Part shown: positions 21,192 through 31,033 of the stretch, piece after piece
Numbering within the stretch: the first letter of the stretch is position 1
Layout: every line of letters begins with the position of its first letter
Source of the DNA: Longimicrobiales bacterium
GTDB lineage: Bacteria; Gemmatimonadota; Gemmatimonadetes; Longimicrobiales; Gaopeijiaceae
Direction: 5' to 3'
NCBI GenBank assembly: GCA_965219445.1
Contig: CBDCNQ010000004.1
Span: forward strand, 992,001-1,056,000
DNA: 64,000 bases
The notes under the pieces: model-generated
What the model was told of the DNA's origin: nothing
The model's database searches: none
What the model saw: the letters and a program-made list of their open reading frames with translations, nothing else
Made by a program: the position numbers and the translations under genes

Positions 21192-22055
21192 ATGAGCGCC
21201 CCTCGACCTCGTCGTGTGATCCCAGCGGGTGCTGGAGGATTCACATTGATGGAGATGCTGGTCACACTGGTCGTGGCCAGCCTGCTAGCGGCCGCGTCGT
21301 TCACGATCCTCGGCTCCCAGGTGGCCCTCTATACCGTGCAAAACGCCAAGCTGGGAACTCAGATAAGCCTACGTACAGGGGCCGGCATGCTGTCGTGGGC
21401 CATCCAGGAAGCGTCCGCTACAGGGGGCGACCTGACGACCCTCGGCACCAACAGCGTGACCATGAGGGCGGTCCACGCCAGCGGGATCATCTGCTCTACG
21501 AGCACCCAGTGGCTGGGCGTTCACGACGTATCGGGGCAGTTCGCCGCAAGTGACAGCGTGCTGACGTACTCCATTCAGAATGACAATTGGAACATCGTAG
21601 AAGTGGCGGACACCGACACGACGATATCCGGATTGGCCACAAAGACGCCAGACTGCTTCTGGGGAGACACGACCAGTGCGCCCAACCCCGAGGTCGCCGT
21701 CGACCTGGCGGGTGCACCGACAATCATCGACAGCCTCTTGGTGGGCTCGCCCATCCGCGCCTTCCACGTGGTCCAGTTCGGTCTCGAGGAAGTGAACGGG
21801 AGATATTGGCTCGTACAGAGAGTCTCGGGAACCGCCGCTCCGGAGAGGCTGGCCGGACCGCTCATGAGTCCCGCCAACGAGGGGTTGGTCTTCAGCTACT
21901 ACGACGCGACCGGCGCCCCGACCATCACGCCGTCGGAGGTCGCCACCATCGACATCCTCCTCAAGGCCGAAAGTATGGAGGACCTGTCCGCCTATGTGAG
22001 TTCGGGTACCCTCGCGGACACGCTCCGCCTCAGGGTGAACGTGCGCAACAACTAG
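21192..22055 (+). CDS. PilW-like minor pilin
   Basis: G|FTLMEMLV; 'FSYYDATG', C-terminal 'VNVRN'. Confidence 0.85.
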   Translation: MSAPRPRRVIPAGAGGFTLMEMLVTLVVASLLAAASFTILGSQVALYTVQNAKLGTQISLRTGAGMLSWAIQEASATGGDLTTLGTNSVTMRAVHASGIICSTSTQWLGVHDVSGQFAASDSVLTYSIQNDNWNIVEVADTDTTISGLATKTPDCFWGDTTSAPNPEVAVDLAGAPTIIDSLLVGSPIRAFHVVQFGLEEVNGRYWLVQRVSGTAAPERLAGPLMSPANEGLVFSYYDATGAPTITPSEVATIDILLKAESMEDLSAYVSSGTLADTLRLRVNVRNN

Positions 22056-22056
22056 C

Positions 22057-23406
22057 GTGTTCTGGAGAGTCGAGCAGATGCCAAAACCAGTCACCACGAT
22101 GCCAAGATCGGCCACAGCAATGCCGAGACCCGGCACCACGTGGATCCATGACAGAGCCTCGCGCAGACGGAGCGAGGGCTTCGCGCTGCCCGTCGTGATC
22201 TTCGCTCTGGTACTGCTCGGGGTGATTGGCAGCGCAGCGCTCCGGACCTCTCGCGACGAGCTCCTCTCGGCAAAGGCCGTGAACTCCTCCAGTCAGGCGT
22301 TCTACGCCGCTGAAGCCGGCATCCACAGCGCTCTTTCGAACTGGGACCAGCTGGCCATGGACACCTTGATGCCCCTGCCCGGGGATAGTCTCGTGGAATC
22401 GTGGATGACGATCGAAAACCGCTGTAGCTATCAGCTCGTATATCGCCGGATCGACGGTGGTGACGTGCCCGAGCAACTCTACTCCGTCGAGTCCATAGGT
22501 CGGAGCCCTGGCCTAAACAGGGGAAGGCGCCGGATCGGCGTCGTCGTAAGGAGCAGGATCGGCATCGGTGCCGCCCTCATGTTCGGAGGTGACGTGGCGC
22601 TCTCAGGCAACCCGACCATCCTAGGGGAGTGCCCGGATATCCACACCAACGGCGACCTGGATATCAGCGGGACCACGACGATAGCCACGGTATCTGGCAA
22701 TGTGACTGCCTCAGGCACGGCGTTTGTCGGGGGCACACTGCAGGACACGCTCGGAAACGCGGTCACTCCGACGTCCAGCGCACCCCAGCAGCCCGTCCCC
22801 GATCTCGATCCCACCGACTACTGCGGCGAAGCGGATTACATTTTCACCGGCACTCTCGCGACCGAGGTCGCCACGATGACCACCAGGGACCTCGCCCTCG
22901 GGACCTGGTGGGGTTGGAAATGGAGCGGCGGCACCTACACGACGGACAACGACAACGTCGCGTCCGGTGTCTATTGCATGGACAACGACGTCGAGATCTC
23001 CAACCAACTCGGCTCGCCCAGTACTCCCCTGGCCATCACGATCCTCACGACCAAGTCGGTAACCATTCCTGGGGATCCTTACATGGTCCCCGCCCACCCG
23101 GACAGCATTCTCATTGTGGCCGACGGGGACCTGAAGCTCAATGGGAGTCCGGCGAGCGGTGACCAGAACTACGAGGGGCTGGCCTACGCGGGCTCCCAAT
23201 GCGAAGTCTCCGGCACCCCGGTGATGTTCGGGCAACTGGTCTGCCGAAACGACCCCAATCCTGTCGGCAGTGAGGATTGGGTAGATGAAAACAAGGTCAG
23301 CGGTGACCTGAGGCTGACCTACAATTGTGGCGGAATACTCGGCGGGGGGGGGTCAGACCAATCAATGGACGAACGTGGAGCCACGTCTGGTAAGCCTGCG
23401 TCCTAA
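22057..23406 (+). CDS. PilX-like pilus assembly protein
   Basis: G|FALPVV lacking Glu5; 'QAFYAAEAGI' PilX motif. Confidence 0.82.
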   Translation: MFWRVEQMPKPVTTMPRSATAMPRPGTTWIHDRASRRRSEGFALPVVIFALVLLGVIGSAALRTSRDELLSAKAVNSSSQAFYAAEAGIHSALSNWDQLAMDTLMPLPGDSLVESWMTIENRCSYQLVYRRIDGGDVPEQLYSVESIGRSPGLNRGRRRIGVVVRSRIGIGAALMFGGDVALSGNPTILGECPDIHTNGDLDISGTTTIATVSGNVTASGTAFVGGTLQDTLGNAVTPTSSAPQQPVPDLDPTDYCGEADYIFTGTLATEVATMTTRDLALGTWWGWKWSGGTYTTDNDNVASGVYCMDNDVEISNQLGSPSTPLAITILTTKSVTIPGDPYMVPAHPDSILIVADGDLKLNGSPASGDQNYEGLAYAGSQCEVSGTPVMFGQLVCRNDPNPVGSEDWVDENKVSGDLRLTYNCGGILGGGGSDQSMDERGATSGKPAS

Positions 23407-23591
23407 GCAGGCACAGAGAGGAACGCGGGGACACGGGCGATACAAAAAAAGGCTACCGCTGATACTCAGGTCACCAGATATCTTTCAATAGGACGTTCAA
23501 TCTGCGTCGTGGCGGTGGTGCACGGCTGTGATGGCCACGATCCACGCCACGGTCTTGTCTGGGGTCTAGAAACCCGCAGGAAGAGGAAGCC

Positions 23592-24164
23592 ATGGGGATC
23601 AGCGAATACGTGCTGCTCGGGTTGGTGGTCGTCACGGGCGTTTACTTGGTGACGATCTACAACAACCTCGTCCGCCTGAAGCATACTGTGACGAAGAACT
23701 GGTCGAACATCGACGTACTGCTGAAGCAACGGCACGACGAGCTCCCCAACCTCGTCGAGACGTGTAAAGGGTACATGAAGCACGAGAGGGAGACCCTCGA
23801 GGCCGTCATGAAGGCGAGGTCGGCGGTGGCGAGCGCACGGCAGGCAGGGAACGTAGCCGCGCTAGGGCCCGCCGAGGGCGCGCTCCGTATGGGCTTGGGC
23901 TCGCTGTTCGCGGTGGCCGAGGCGTACCCGGACCTCAAGGCGAACGAGTCCTTCAGACATGTCCAGACCAGAATCTCACAGCTCGAGAACGCCATCGCGG
24001 ACCGGCGCGAACTCTACAACGCGACGGTGAACAACCTGAACGTGAGGATCGAGCAGTTTCCCGATGTCTTCGTCGCTCGCAATCTGGGCTTTCAGGCTGC
24101 GGATCCGCTCGAGTTCGAAGAGCGGGAGTTGAAAAACGTCGACATGCAGCAGCTGTTCAGCTGA
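23592..24164 (+). CDS. lemA: LemA family protein
   Basis: YNNLV..NIDVLLKQRHD.LPNLV, EAYPDLKA, FP motifs. Confidence 0.95.
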   Translation: MGISEYVLLGLVVVTGVYLVTIYNNLVRLKHTVTKNWSNIDVLLKQRHDELPNLVETCKGYMKHERETLEAVMKARSAVASARQAGNVAALGPAEGALRMGLGSLFAVAEAYPDLKANESFRHVQTRISQLENAIADRRELYNATVNNLNVRIEQFPDVFVARNLGFQAADPLEFEERELKNVDMQQLFS

Positions 24165-25102
24165 TGCTCGCGGAACTCACCTCCAACATCGGGACGCTGA
24201 GCCAGGGGCAGCTTGCGCTCCTGCTCCTCGTCCTCGCCGTCTTCACGGGAGTCGGGTTCTTCCTGTGGAAGAAGTCCTTCCAGCAAGCCCGTATGATGGA
24301 AGACATGCCCAGGTCCAAGATCCGCTCCGCCGCCCAGGGCTTCGTCGAGCTCTCAGGAATACAACACCCGCTCGAAGGCACTCCCCTGTCCGCCCCGCTG
24401 ACCGGAAGTGCATGCACTTGGTGGGACTACAAGATCGAGAAGAGGGAACAGACGAGGAACTCCAAAGGCCAAGACTCGACCAGCTGGGTCACCGTGGAGA
24501 AGGATACGAGCGTCGGCTTCTTCCACCTGAAGGACGAGACCGGCGAGATCCTCGTGAATCCGATCGGAGCCGACGTCACCGCTTCGTTGAGGAGGGTCTG
24601 GTACGGGGACGCGCGGCGACCCAACGGTGACAGTTCGTCCCGATTTGGAGCCAGCCTAAAAGGGCGGTACCGGTATACCGAGCGGATCATGCGCCCCGGC
24701 GAGCTCATCTACGGACTCGGCCACTTCGAGACGTGGAGCAACGTCCCAGGAACGCAGGAGCGCTCGAAAAAGCGGTCCGAAATCCTGGCCGGATGGAAGA
24801 TGGACGCCGACGAGCTCGTGCGCCGTTTCGACGCAGACGGGGATGGTCGTGTGGACGGAGACGAGTGGGAGAAAGCCCGCGAGGCCGCGCAAGCTCTCGT
24901 CGAGGAGCAGGTGACCGAGGCCGCGATGAGGCCCGACGTCGACGTTCTGATGAAGCCGGAAGACGACCACCCGTTCATCCTTTCCACGAAGAGCCAGGAT
25001 GAGCTCACCAAGGTGTATCGTTGGAAAGCGTTGGGCGGGCTCGTGTTGTTCCTCGCGGGGCTCGCGGCGGTCGGAGTCACGCTGAACGTCCGCTTCGGGT
25101 AA
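24164..25102 (+). CDS. GIDE-domain membrane protein with EF-hand
   Basis: 'DMPRSKIRSAAQGFVEL.G', 'APLTG..C.W', EF-hand DADGDGRVDGDE, N- and C-terminal TMs; coupled to lemA. Confidence 0.75.
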   Translation: MLAELTSNIGTLSQGQLALLLLVLAVFTGVGFFLWKKSFQQARMMEDMPRSKIRSAAQGFVELSGIQHPLEGTPLSAPLTGSACTWWDYKIEKREQTRNSKGQDSTSWVTVEKDTSVGFFHLKDETGEILVNPIGADVTASLRRVWYGDARRPNGDSSSRFGASLKGRYRYTERIMRPGELIYGLGHFETWSNVPGTQERSKKRSEILAGWKMDADELVRRFDADGDGRVDGDEWEKAREAAQALVEEQVTEAAMRPDVDVLMKPEDDHPFILSTKSQDELTKVYRWKALGGLVLFLAGLAAVGVTLNVRFG

Positions 25103-25312
25103 TAGGCCTCACAAAAACCTTGCCCAATCGGCACGCTCCGTGGCGAGCTGCCTGGCCCCTCCCATCGCCATCGTCTCAACGATCTTGCCGCCCGACATGT
25201 CGCAGACGCATCTTGTCCAGACCCGTAACGAGCTAGCTCAGACGGTGATCGGCATTCTGGATAGTGAGCGAGAACGGTCCCGGCTTATCGTCTTTTCGAA
25301 CCGGGAGGTGAC

Positions 25313-26848
25313 ATGTCCATGCGAGATCCGTTCGTCATCGTCCTGCTTCTCACCTTGGGGGCCGCCGGCGAGGGTCGGGCGCAGATCACCGATCCGATCC
25401 CGGCGCGGATCGAGAAGCGCGGCCTCATGGTCGAGATCCGGGACGTCGCCCGTCTACCGATGACCCGCGGGATGCGTCCCCCCGATCAGGACGTGAACCC
25501 GGCGGGCTGGGCGCGCGTGAGCTTCGTGCGCGAGCTTTCCGACGGTCGCCGTTTCGCCAACGACTCACGCGGCTTCTTGTACCTGCTCGAGGGCGGCGAC
25601 CGGCCTACCCTCTACCTGGACTTCGCAGCCGCCTTCCCGTTCGCGATCTACAGCCGTCTGGCGAGCGGCTTCATCGGATTCGACTTCCACCCGGAATTCG
25701 CTCGCAACGGACTCTTCTACACCGTCCACGCCGAGTATGCGGCGGGCAACCCCGTCATTCCCGACTTCATCCCGCCGGGCTTCACACCGGCCGACGTCAC
25801 CCACCACAACGTCATCACCGAGTGGCGCGCGACGAATCCGGGCGCAAGCCGCTTCGAGGGCACCCGGCGCGAGCTGCTCCGTGTGGCCCACGTCGTCGCG
25901 AACCTGACCCACCCGTTCGGTTACGTGGGGTTCGACCCGACCGCGCGCCCCGGCGAGCCGGACTACGGCCTGCTGTACACGAGCGGCAGCGACCTGGGGT
26001 TCAGTAACGGCGGCGGGCCGAACGCGAACAATCCGAGCCAGGTCCAGCGTCTGGACACCGTCGTCGGCGCGATCCTGCGCATCGATCCGCGCACTCCTGC
26101 GGAGTCGGGCGGCACGAAGGGGCTCGGCGACTACACGATTCCCGCAATCAACCCGTTCGCCTCCGACGGCGACCCGAGCACGCTCGGCGAGATCTACGCG
26201 TACGGGTTCCGTAACGCCCACAGGCTCTCTTGGGACCCGATGGACCGGACGATGTTCGCGTCGGACATCGGCATGAACAACATCGAGGAAATCAACATCG
26301 TGCGCGCAGGCCAGAACTACGGCTGGATGCGCCGCGAAGGGTACTTCGAGAACGGCGTGACCCGCCCCGGCGGTGCGCTGCGGGAGCTGTTCCCCCTGCC
26401 TGCTGATGTCCTGGACGGGCGGACGGAGGATGAGTTCACCTATCCGGTGGCGATGTACGACCACAACGACGGCCAGGTCGTGTCCGGAGGATTCGCCTAT
26501 TACGGCCGGATCGAAGCGCTCCGGGACAAGTTCGTGTTCGGCGACCTCGTGCGCGGCCGGATCTTGGCCGTCGATCTCGCCGCGATGAAGGCGGCCGATG
26601 ACGGCATTCCGCGCACGGTGGCGCCCATCGAGGAGATCCAGCTCTACGTGCGCAACTCGAGCGGCGACCGCGTCTACGTGTCGTTCCGGGAGCTGGTCGA
26701 AGCGGCGAACGGCGCCACCGCCCGACGCGCCGACATGCACATCACCATCAGCGGCGACGGCGAGCTTTTCATCACGTCCCGGCAGGACGGCATGATCCGC
26801 ATGCTCGTCCCGGACTCGGGTATGGAGGCGGCAAACAGCGGAAGGTGA
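25313..26848 (+). CDS. PQQ-dependent sugar dehydrogenase (GSDH-like)
   Basis: 'GAILRIDP', 'NPF', 'EIYAYGFRNAHR', 'EEINIV..G.NYGW'; signal peptide. Confidence 0.88.
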   Translation: MSMRDPFVIVLLLTLGAAGEGRAQITDPIPARIEKRGLMVEIRDVARLPMTRGMRPPDQDVNPAGWARVSFVRELSDGRRFANDSRGFLYLLEGGDRPTLYLDFAAAFPFAIYSRLASGFIGFDFHPEFARNGLFYTVHAEYAAGNPVIPDFIPPGFTPADVTHHNVITEWRATNPGASRFEGTRRELLRVAHVVANLTHPFGYVGFDPTARPGEPDYGLLYTSGSDLGFSNGGGPNANNPSQVQRLDTVVGAILRIDPRTPAESGGTKGLGDYTIPAINPFASDGDPSTLGEIYAYGFRNAHRLSWDPMDRTMFASDIGMNNIEEINIVRAGQNYGWMRREGYFENGVTRPGGALRELFPLPADVLDGRTEDEFTYPVAMYDHNDGQVVSGGFAYYGRIEALRDKFVFGDLVRGRILAVDLAAMKAADDGIPRTVAPIEEIQLYVRNSSGDRVYVSFRELVEAANGATARRADMHITISGDGELFITSRQDGMIRMLVPDSGMEAANSGR

Positions 26849-26972
26849 GGCGGGGTGGCTCGGGACGGATCGCGGCCGGATCTCAGGCTCGCTTGAGGTC
26901 CCATAGGCCCCTTTTCTTTGCCGACGATCACCGCGCCTTCGGCGAAGACGCGAAGCCAGGGGACCGGGCGGG

Positions 26973-29669
26973 TCAATTGGGCACCATGCGCTTCAGCTCC
27001 TCGAAGAAGTTGTTCACGAGGACCCTCGCCTGTCCCAGGTCGCCGTCCTGCCCGCCTCCGTCCACTCTTCCCTGCGTGGCGATGAGGAAGCGCTGGTCAT
27101 CGGGAAAGATGTCGTACGGGTTTCCGATCGGCGGGCGGTAGTACCACTGGACGGGGGACTCGAAAAGAACGGCGGGAGTTCCGTGGGTGAAGCTCGCGGC
27201 CGACTCGACCTCGACCACCCACATGGCCCCGCCGCCTCCCCTGACTTCACTGAAGTAGAGCTCGCGACCGCCATGTGCCCAGCCGGGCGAGCGTCCCCCC
27301 TGGCTCGACACCTGCCATCGGCCCGCGCCCACGTCCGGGAAGGGTCGGACGTAGACCTCCAGCCGACCCGTCTCGTCGGACGCGTACGCGATCCAGCGCC
27401 CGTCGGGGGACACGGCCGGCTCGCCCTCGAAGTACGCTTCTTCGAGGAGGGGAGTCGGCTCCCCGTCCTCGCCCGGGCGGTAGCCCAGGACGTCGCCTCC
27501 GACCGTCTGCAGGAGCAGCCACGCCCCGTCCGGGCTCCACTCGATCTTGAAGAGACTGTCGTCCAGGTCGAGGATCAGCTCCGCCTCGCCCGTGCCGTCG
27601 GCCGGCTTCGACCAGACGTCGAAGTTCCCGTTCCGGTTAGAGAGAAACGTGACATCCCGCCCTCCGGGCTCCCACACGGGCATCGTTTCCGCGGCGTCCT
27701 CGAACGTGAGCCGTGAGCGGGGACCAGCGTCAAGCTGCTTGATCCAGATGTCGTACCCCGCTTGTGTGGATTCGCGGAGCGCGACCCTGGAGCCCTCGGG
27801 TGAGAGGCTCCAACCCTGGCTCTGATCGACTCCTCGGGAGAAGATCCATTCCGGGTCCACGGCGCTCGCCTGCCCCGTCCGCGTCACCCAGGCGAGCTGG
27901 AGCGTTGGACCCGAGGCCCCGGTCCCTCCAACGCCCGCGGCGTAGTAAAGCTTCCCATCGTCGGCGAGCGAGAAGGAAGTGAGGCCGTCCATCACCGCGA
28001 TGGGCGTGCCGAGCAGCTCCATCCTCCTCGGGTCGAACCGGGCCGCCATCATCGTGCCGCTCGTCGTACGGTAGACCAGGTGGCCCGAGGGCACGTAGCG
28101 AGGAAAGGTGCCCTCCACGAGAGGCGTCGTCTCGCCGCTGCCGACATCCAGGCCCCGCATCTCCGAAGATCCGTCCGGCCGGGCGACCTCAAGCAGAACG
28201 CGCCTCCCGCCCGGGAGGACGTCGCGCACGAAGTGCGCAGTCTCCCCTTCGCCGAGGCGAGACACGTACTCGACGGCTCCACCCGTCGACGGCACACGGA
28301 CCGCGCCCGAATCGGTCGTCGCGTACACGTACCCGTCCGGCCCCCACTCCGGCTGGGACCCCGGCGTCAGCGTGCGCACGGGGCCGCCCGAGAAGGCCAG
28401 CACCCTGATGTTTCGGTCCTGCTCGAATGCGAGCTCGAGCCCGTCGAAGGAGACCGCGGGGGCAGTGGCATCGGTGGTCTCGCGCACGGGGTTGGCCGCG
28501 AGGTCGTCCCATCGCCGCACCATGAGGATCTGACCTCCGGGCGCGTCATACCGATACACGAGCATGCTTCCATCCGGTGACAGGTCGAACCCGCTTGGGC
28601 CCAAGTACGCCGAATGCTCCTGACCCTCCAGGAACGGGACCGCGAAGCGCTCGACCCCGCGGACGGGCTCGGGCGGCTCGGGGCCGAAGAGCGACCAGCC
28701 GAGCGTGAGGGCGAAAAGGGCCGCGAACGCCATCGTCGACCGATTCCAGGGGCCAGACATTGTAGGGGGCGTGGCTACCGGCTCCGGGGTCGAGACCGCT
28801 ACCGATGTGCGAGCCCGAGCCTCATAAGTGAAGCTCGGGTCCGCGAGCGCCGAGGCAAACTCCGACGCGCTCGTGAATCGATCCGCAGGCAGCTTCTCCA
28901 GAGCCCTCGCCAGTGCATGGCCGACGTGAGGTGGTACGGTCCGTCGCTCGCTCGTGATCGACGGCGCATCCGCCGTGAGGATCTTGACCAGCACCGCTTG
29001 GGCGGTCGTCGCAGAGAATGGCGGCTGCCCGGCGAGCATCTCGTACAGGACACAGCCGAGCGCGTAGACATCCGAGCGGGGGTCTACGTCACGGTCGCCC
29101 GTGGCCTGTTCCGGCGACATGTAATGCGGCGTACCCAGGCTGAGTCCCGTCTCGGTGATTCGTCCAGCGCCTGCCTGGGCCACTGCCAGCGCGATACCGA
29201 AGTCTGCGACGAGTGGCTCGCCCTGCTCACTCAGTAGGATGTTGCCCGGCTTGATGTCGCGGTGCACGACTCCGTTGCCGTGCGCGTAGTCGAGTGCGCC
29301 CGCGACCTTCTGCGTGATCGCCAGTGCGTCATCCACACCGAGTTGCTTCTCGCGGTCGATGCGCTCCCTGAGTGACTCCCCTTCGATGTGGGGCATCACG
29401 TAGAAGAGGAAGCCGTCCGCTTCCCCCGAATCGTGCAGCGGCAGGATATGCGGGTGAGTCAGGTTCGCCGTCGTCTCGATTTCAGCGAGAAATCTCTCAG
29501 CGCCGACGACTGCTGCGAGTTCCGGTTTCAGGACCTTGAGGGCGACGTTCCTGTTGTGCTTCAGGTCCTTGGCCAGGTATACCGTGGCCATGCCGCCTTC
29601 GCCCAGCTCACGCTCGATGGCGTAGCGGCCTTCGAGGGCCGCGTTGGGACGGGCGACGGCATCGGACAT
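26973..29669 (-). CDS. Ser/Thr kinase + TM + PD40 beta-propeller (paralog 2)
   Basis: Same kinase motifs as 5532; ends NNFFEELKRMVPN. Confidence 0.93.
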   Translation of the reverse strand: MSDAVARPNAALEGRYAIERELGEGGMATVYLAKDLKHNRNVALKVLKPELAAVVGAERFLAEIETTANLTHPHILPLHDSGEADGFLFYVMPHIEGESLRERIDREKQLGVDDALAITQKVAGALDYAHGNGVVHRDIKPGNILLSEQGEPLVADFGIALAVAQAGAGRITETGLSLGTPHYMSPEQATGDRDVDPRSDVYALGCVLYEMLAGQPPFSATTAQAVLVKILTADAPSITSERRTVPPHVGHALARALEKLPADRFTSASEFASALADPSFTYEARARTSVAVSTPEPVATPPTMSGPWNRSTMAFAALFALTLGWSLFGPEPPEPVRGVERFAVPFLEGQEHSAYLGPSGFDLSPDGSMLVYRYDAPGGQILMVRRWDDLAANPVRETTDATAPAVSFDGLELAFEQDRNIRVLAFSGGPVRTLTPGSQPEWGPDGYVYATTDSGAVRVPSTGGAVEYVSRLGEGETAHFVRDVLPGGRRVLLEVARPDGSSEMRGLDVGSGETTPLVEGTFPRYVPSGHLVYRTTSGTMMAARFDPRRMELLGTPIAVMDGLTSFSLADDGKLYYAAGVGGTGASGPTLQLAWVTRTGQASAVDPEWIFSRGVDQSQGWSLSPEGSRVALRESTQAGYDIWIKQLDAGPRSRLTFEDAAETMPVWEPGGRDVTFLSNRNGNFDVWSKPADGTGEAELILDLDDSLFKIEWSPDGAWLLLQTVGGDVLGYRPGEDGEPTPLLEEAYFEGEPAVSPDGRWIAYASDETGRLEVYVRPFPDVGAGRWQVSSQGGRSPGWAHGGRELYFSEVRGGGGAMWVVEVESAASFTHGTPAVLFESPVQWYYRPPIGNPYDIFPDDQRFLIATQGRVDGGGQDGDLGQARVLVNNFFEELKRMVPN

Positions 29670-29944
29670 GGCGGACAAGATGCGTCTAAGGCGTATGGGG
29701 CGGGCAAGTATGCTGCGCGAGAGGTCGGTGTTCCGGCTTATTGCTAACTGTACTGCCCGACCATCTGTGTGACCCAAATGGAAAGAGAACGCCTCGTCAG
29801 ACGAACCTCATGCTGCATGAGCATGAGCAACAAGTGTTCTAGTCCCGTAGCACGCCTGCTTTGGGAGCGGCTTTCAGGCGTCGGTGGGCGTCGGCCAGCG
29901 TCGGAGATGCTGGGCTTCTGCGTCAGTTGCGTCGGTGGGCGTCG

Positions 29945-30318
29945 GTGGGCGTATGTCTCGAGCGGGACGGGTCGAGAGGAGGTTTACATGCGGCCCTTCC
30001 CCCCGGATTCGGGCTCGGACCGGGTGCTCATATCCGCGAATGGGGGCACTGAGCCGGTTTGGGCACACAGCGGCCAGGAGTTGTTCTACCGGAATGGAGC
30101 CAACGAACTAGTAGCTGTCCAGGTCGCCGGAGATGCCAACCAGCAAGAAGTACTGTTCTCCACCGCTGACTACTTTACTGGAGACGGTCACGCGATCTAC
30201 GACGTGACCCCCGACGATCAGCGATTCGTGATGTTGCGAATCGGTGGCGAGCCTGCTAGCCGACCCGTTCTGGTCCAGAACTGGTTCGAGGAGCTTCGCC
30301 AGCGGGTGGGGAATTTAA
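29945..30318 (+). pseudogene. C-terminal fragment of a kinase-PD40 paralog
   Basis: 'AYVSSGTGREEVYMRPFPP..HSGQELFYRNGANELVAVQV..NWFEELRQR' closely matches the C-terminus of the 5532 gene; no kinase domain. Confidence 0.85.
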
Positions 30319-30424
30319 GGCTCAGATCCCCTGGCTTCGCGTCTTCGTGGAAGGCGTGGTGATCGAGAGCTTGCCCGGTCACCGTCTTTCGTGGAACATT
30401 TAAGGGGTCAAAATGGAGGAATAA

Positions 30425-30670
30425 ATGCCGATCTACGAGTACTCCTGTGAAGCGTGCGGGCATGAGTTCGAGACGTTGGTTCGGGGAGAGACAGAGCCTG
30501 AGTGCCCCTCCTGTCAGAGTCAGGATCTCAAGCGGTTGCTCTCCCTTCCGACGGTCCACTCATCGTCCACGCGGGCAATGAGCATGAGAGCCGCGAAGAA
30601 GCGTGACAAGACGCAAGCGACGGAGCGGGTGATCGAGCAGCTGAAGTACGAGCAGGCTCATAACGACTAG
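30425..30670 (+). CDS. FmdB-family zinc ribbon protein
   Basis: MPIYEYSCEACG..CPSC. Confidence 0.92.
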   Translation: MPIYEYSCEACGHEFETLVRGETEPECPSCQSQDLKRLLSLPTVHSSSTRAMSMRAAKKRDKTQATERVIEQLKYEQAHND

Positions 30671-31033
30671 CGCTCGCTACGCTCCACCACACCCGAGTGG
30701 CTGGTCGTAAAAGTGACCCGTCACCTTCCACTGCCTAAAACGCGCTTTCTGCAGATGCGGGAAGCCTCAGACTACAAGCCGTTCGCCTTGCGGCCCCCGA
30801 CCCGGGCCTAGGGCCAGTCCCCCCCGTCGTCAGTTCCAGTTTGCTTCTCCCGTCAAGAATTCCATACTGTGAAGATGGGAGATCGCGAGATGTGGGAGGC
30901 CCAGCGATCCGGACGAAGCCTCTTTGGTATCGAGCCCACGGGGTCTTTCTCTTTGGTACAACTCTTGGCCTCACGTCCATGACTGGCAGCGATTCTTCGT
31001 GCCGAGCGGGCTCGTACGGTTCGGCTCGCCTCC

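Noticed and set aside
25565..26740. Long antisense ORFs (also 5712-6851, 39328-40341, 42006-42995, 62059-62994)
   Set aside because: Shadows of real genes, expected at high GC; no motifs
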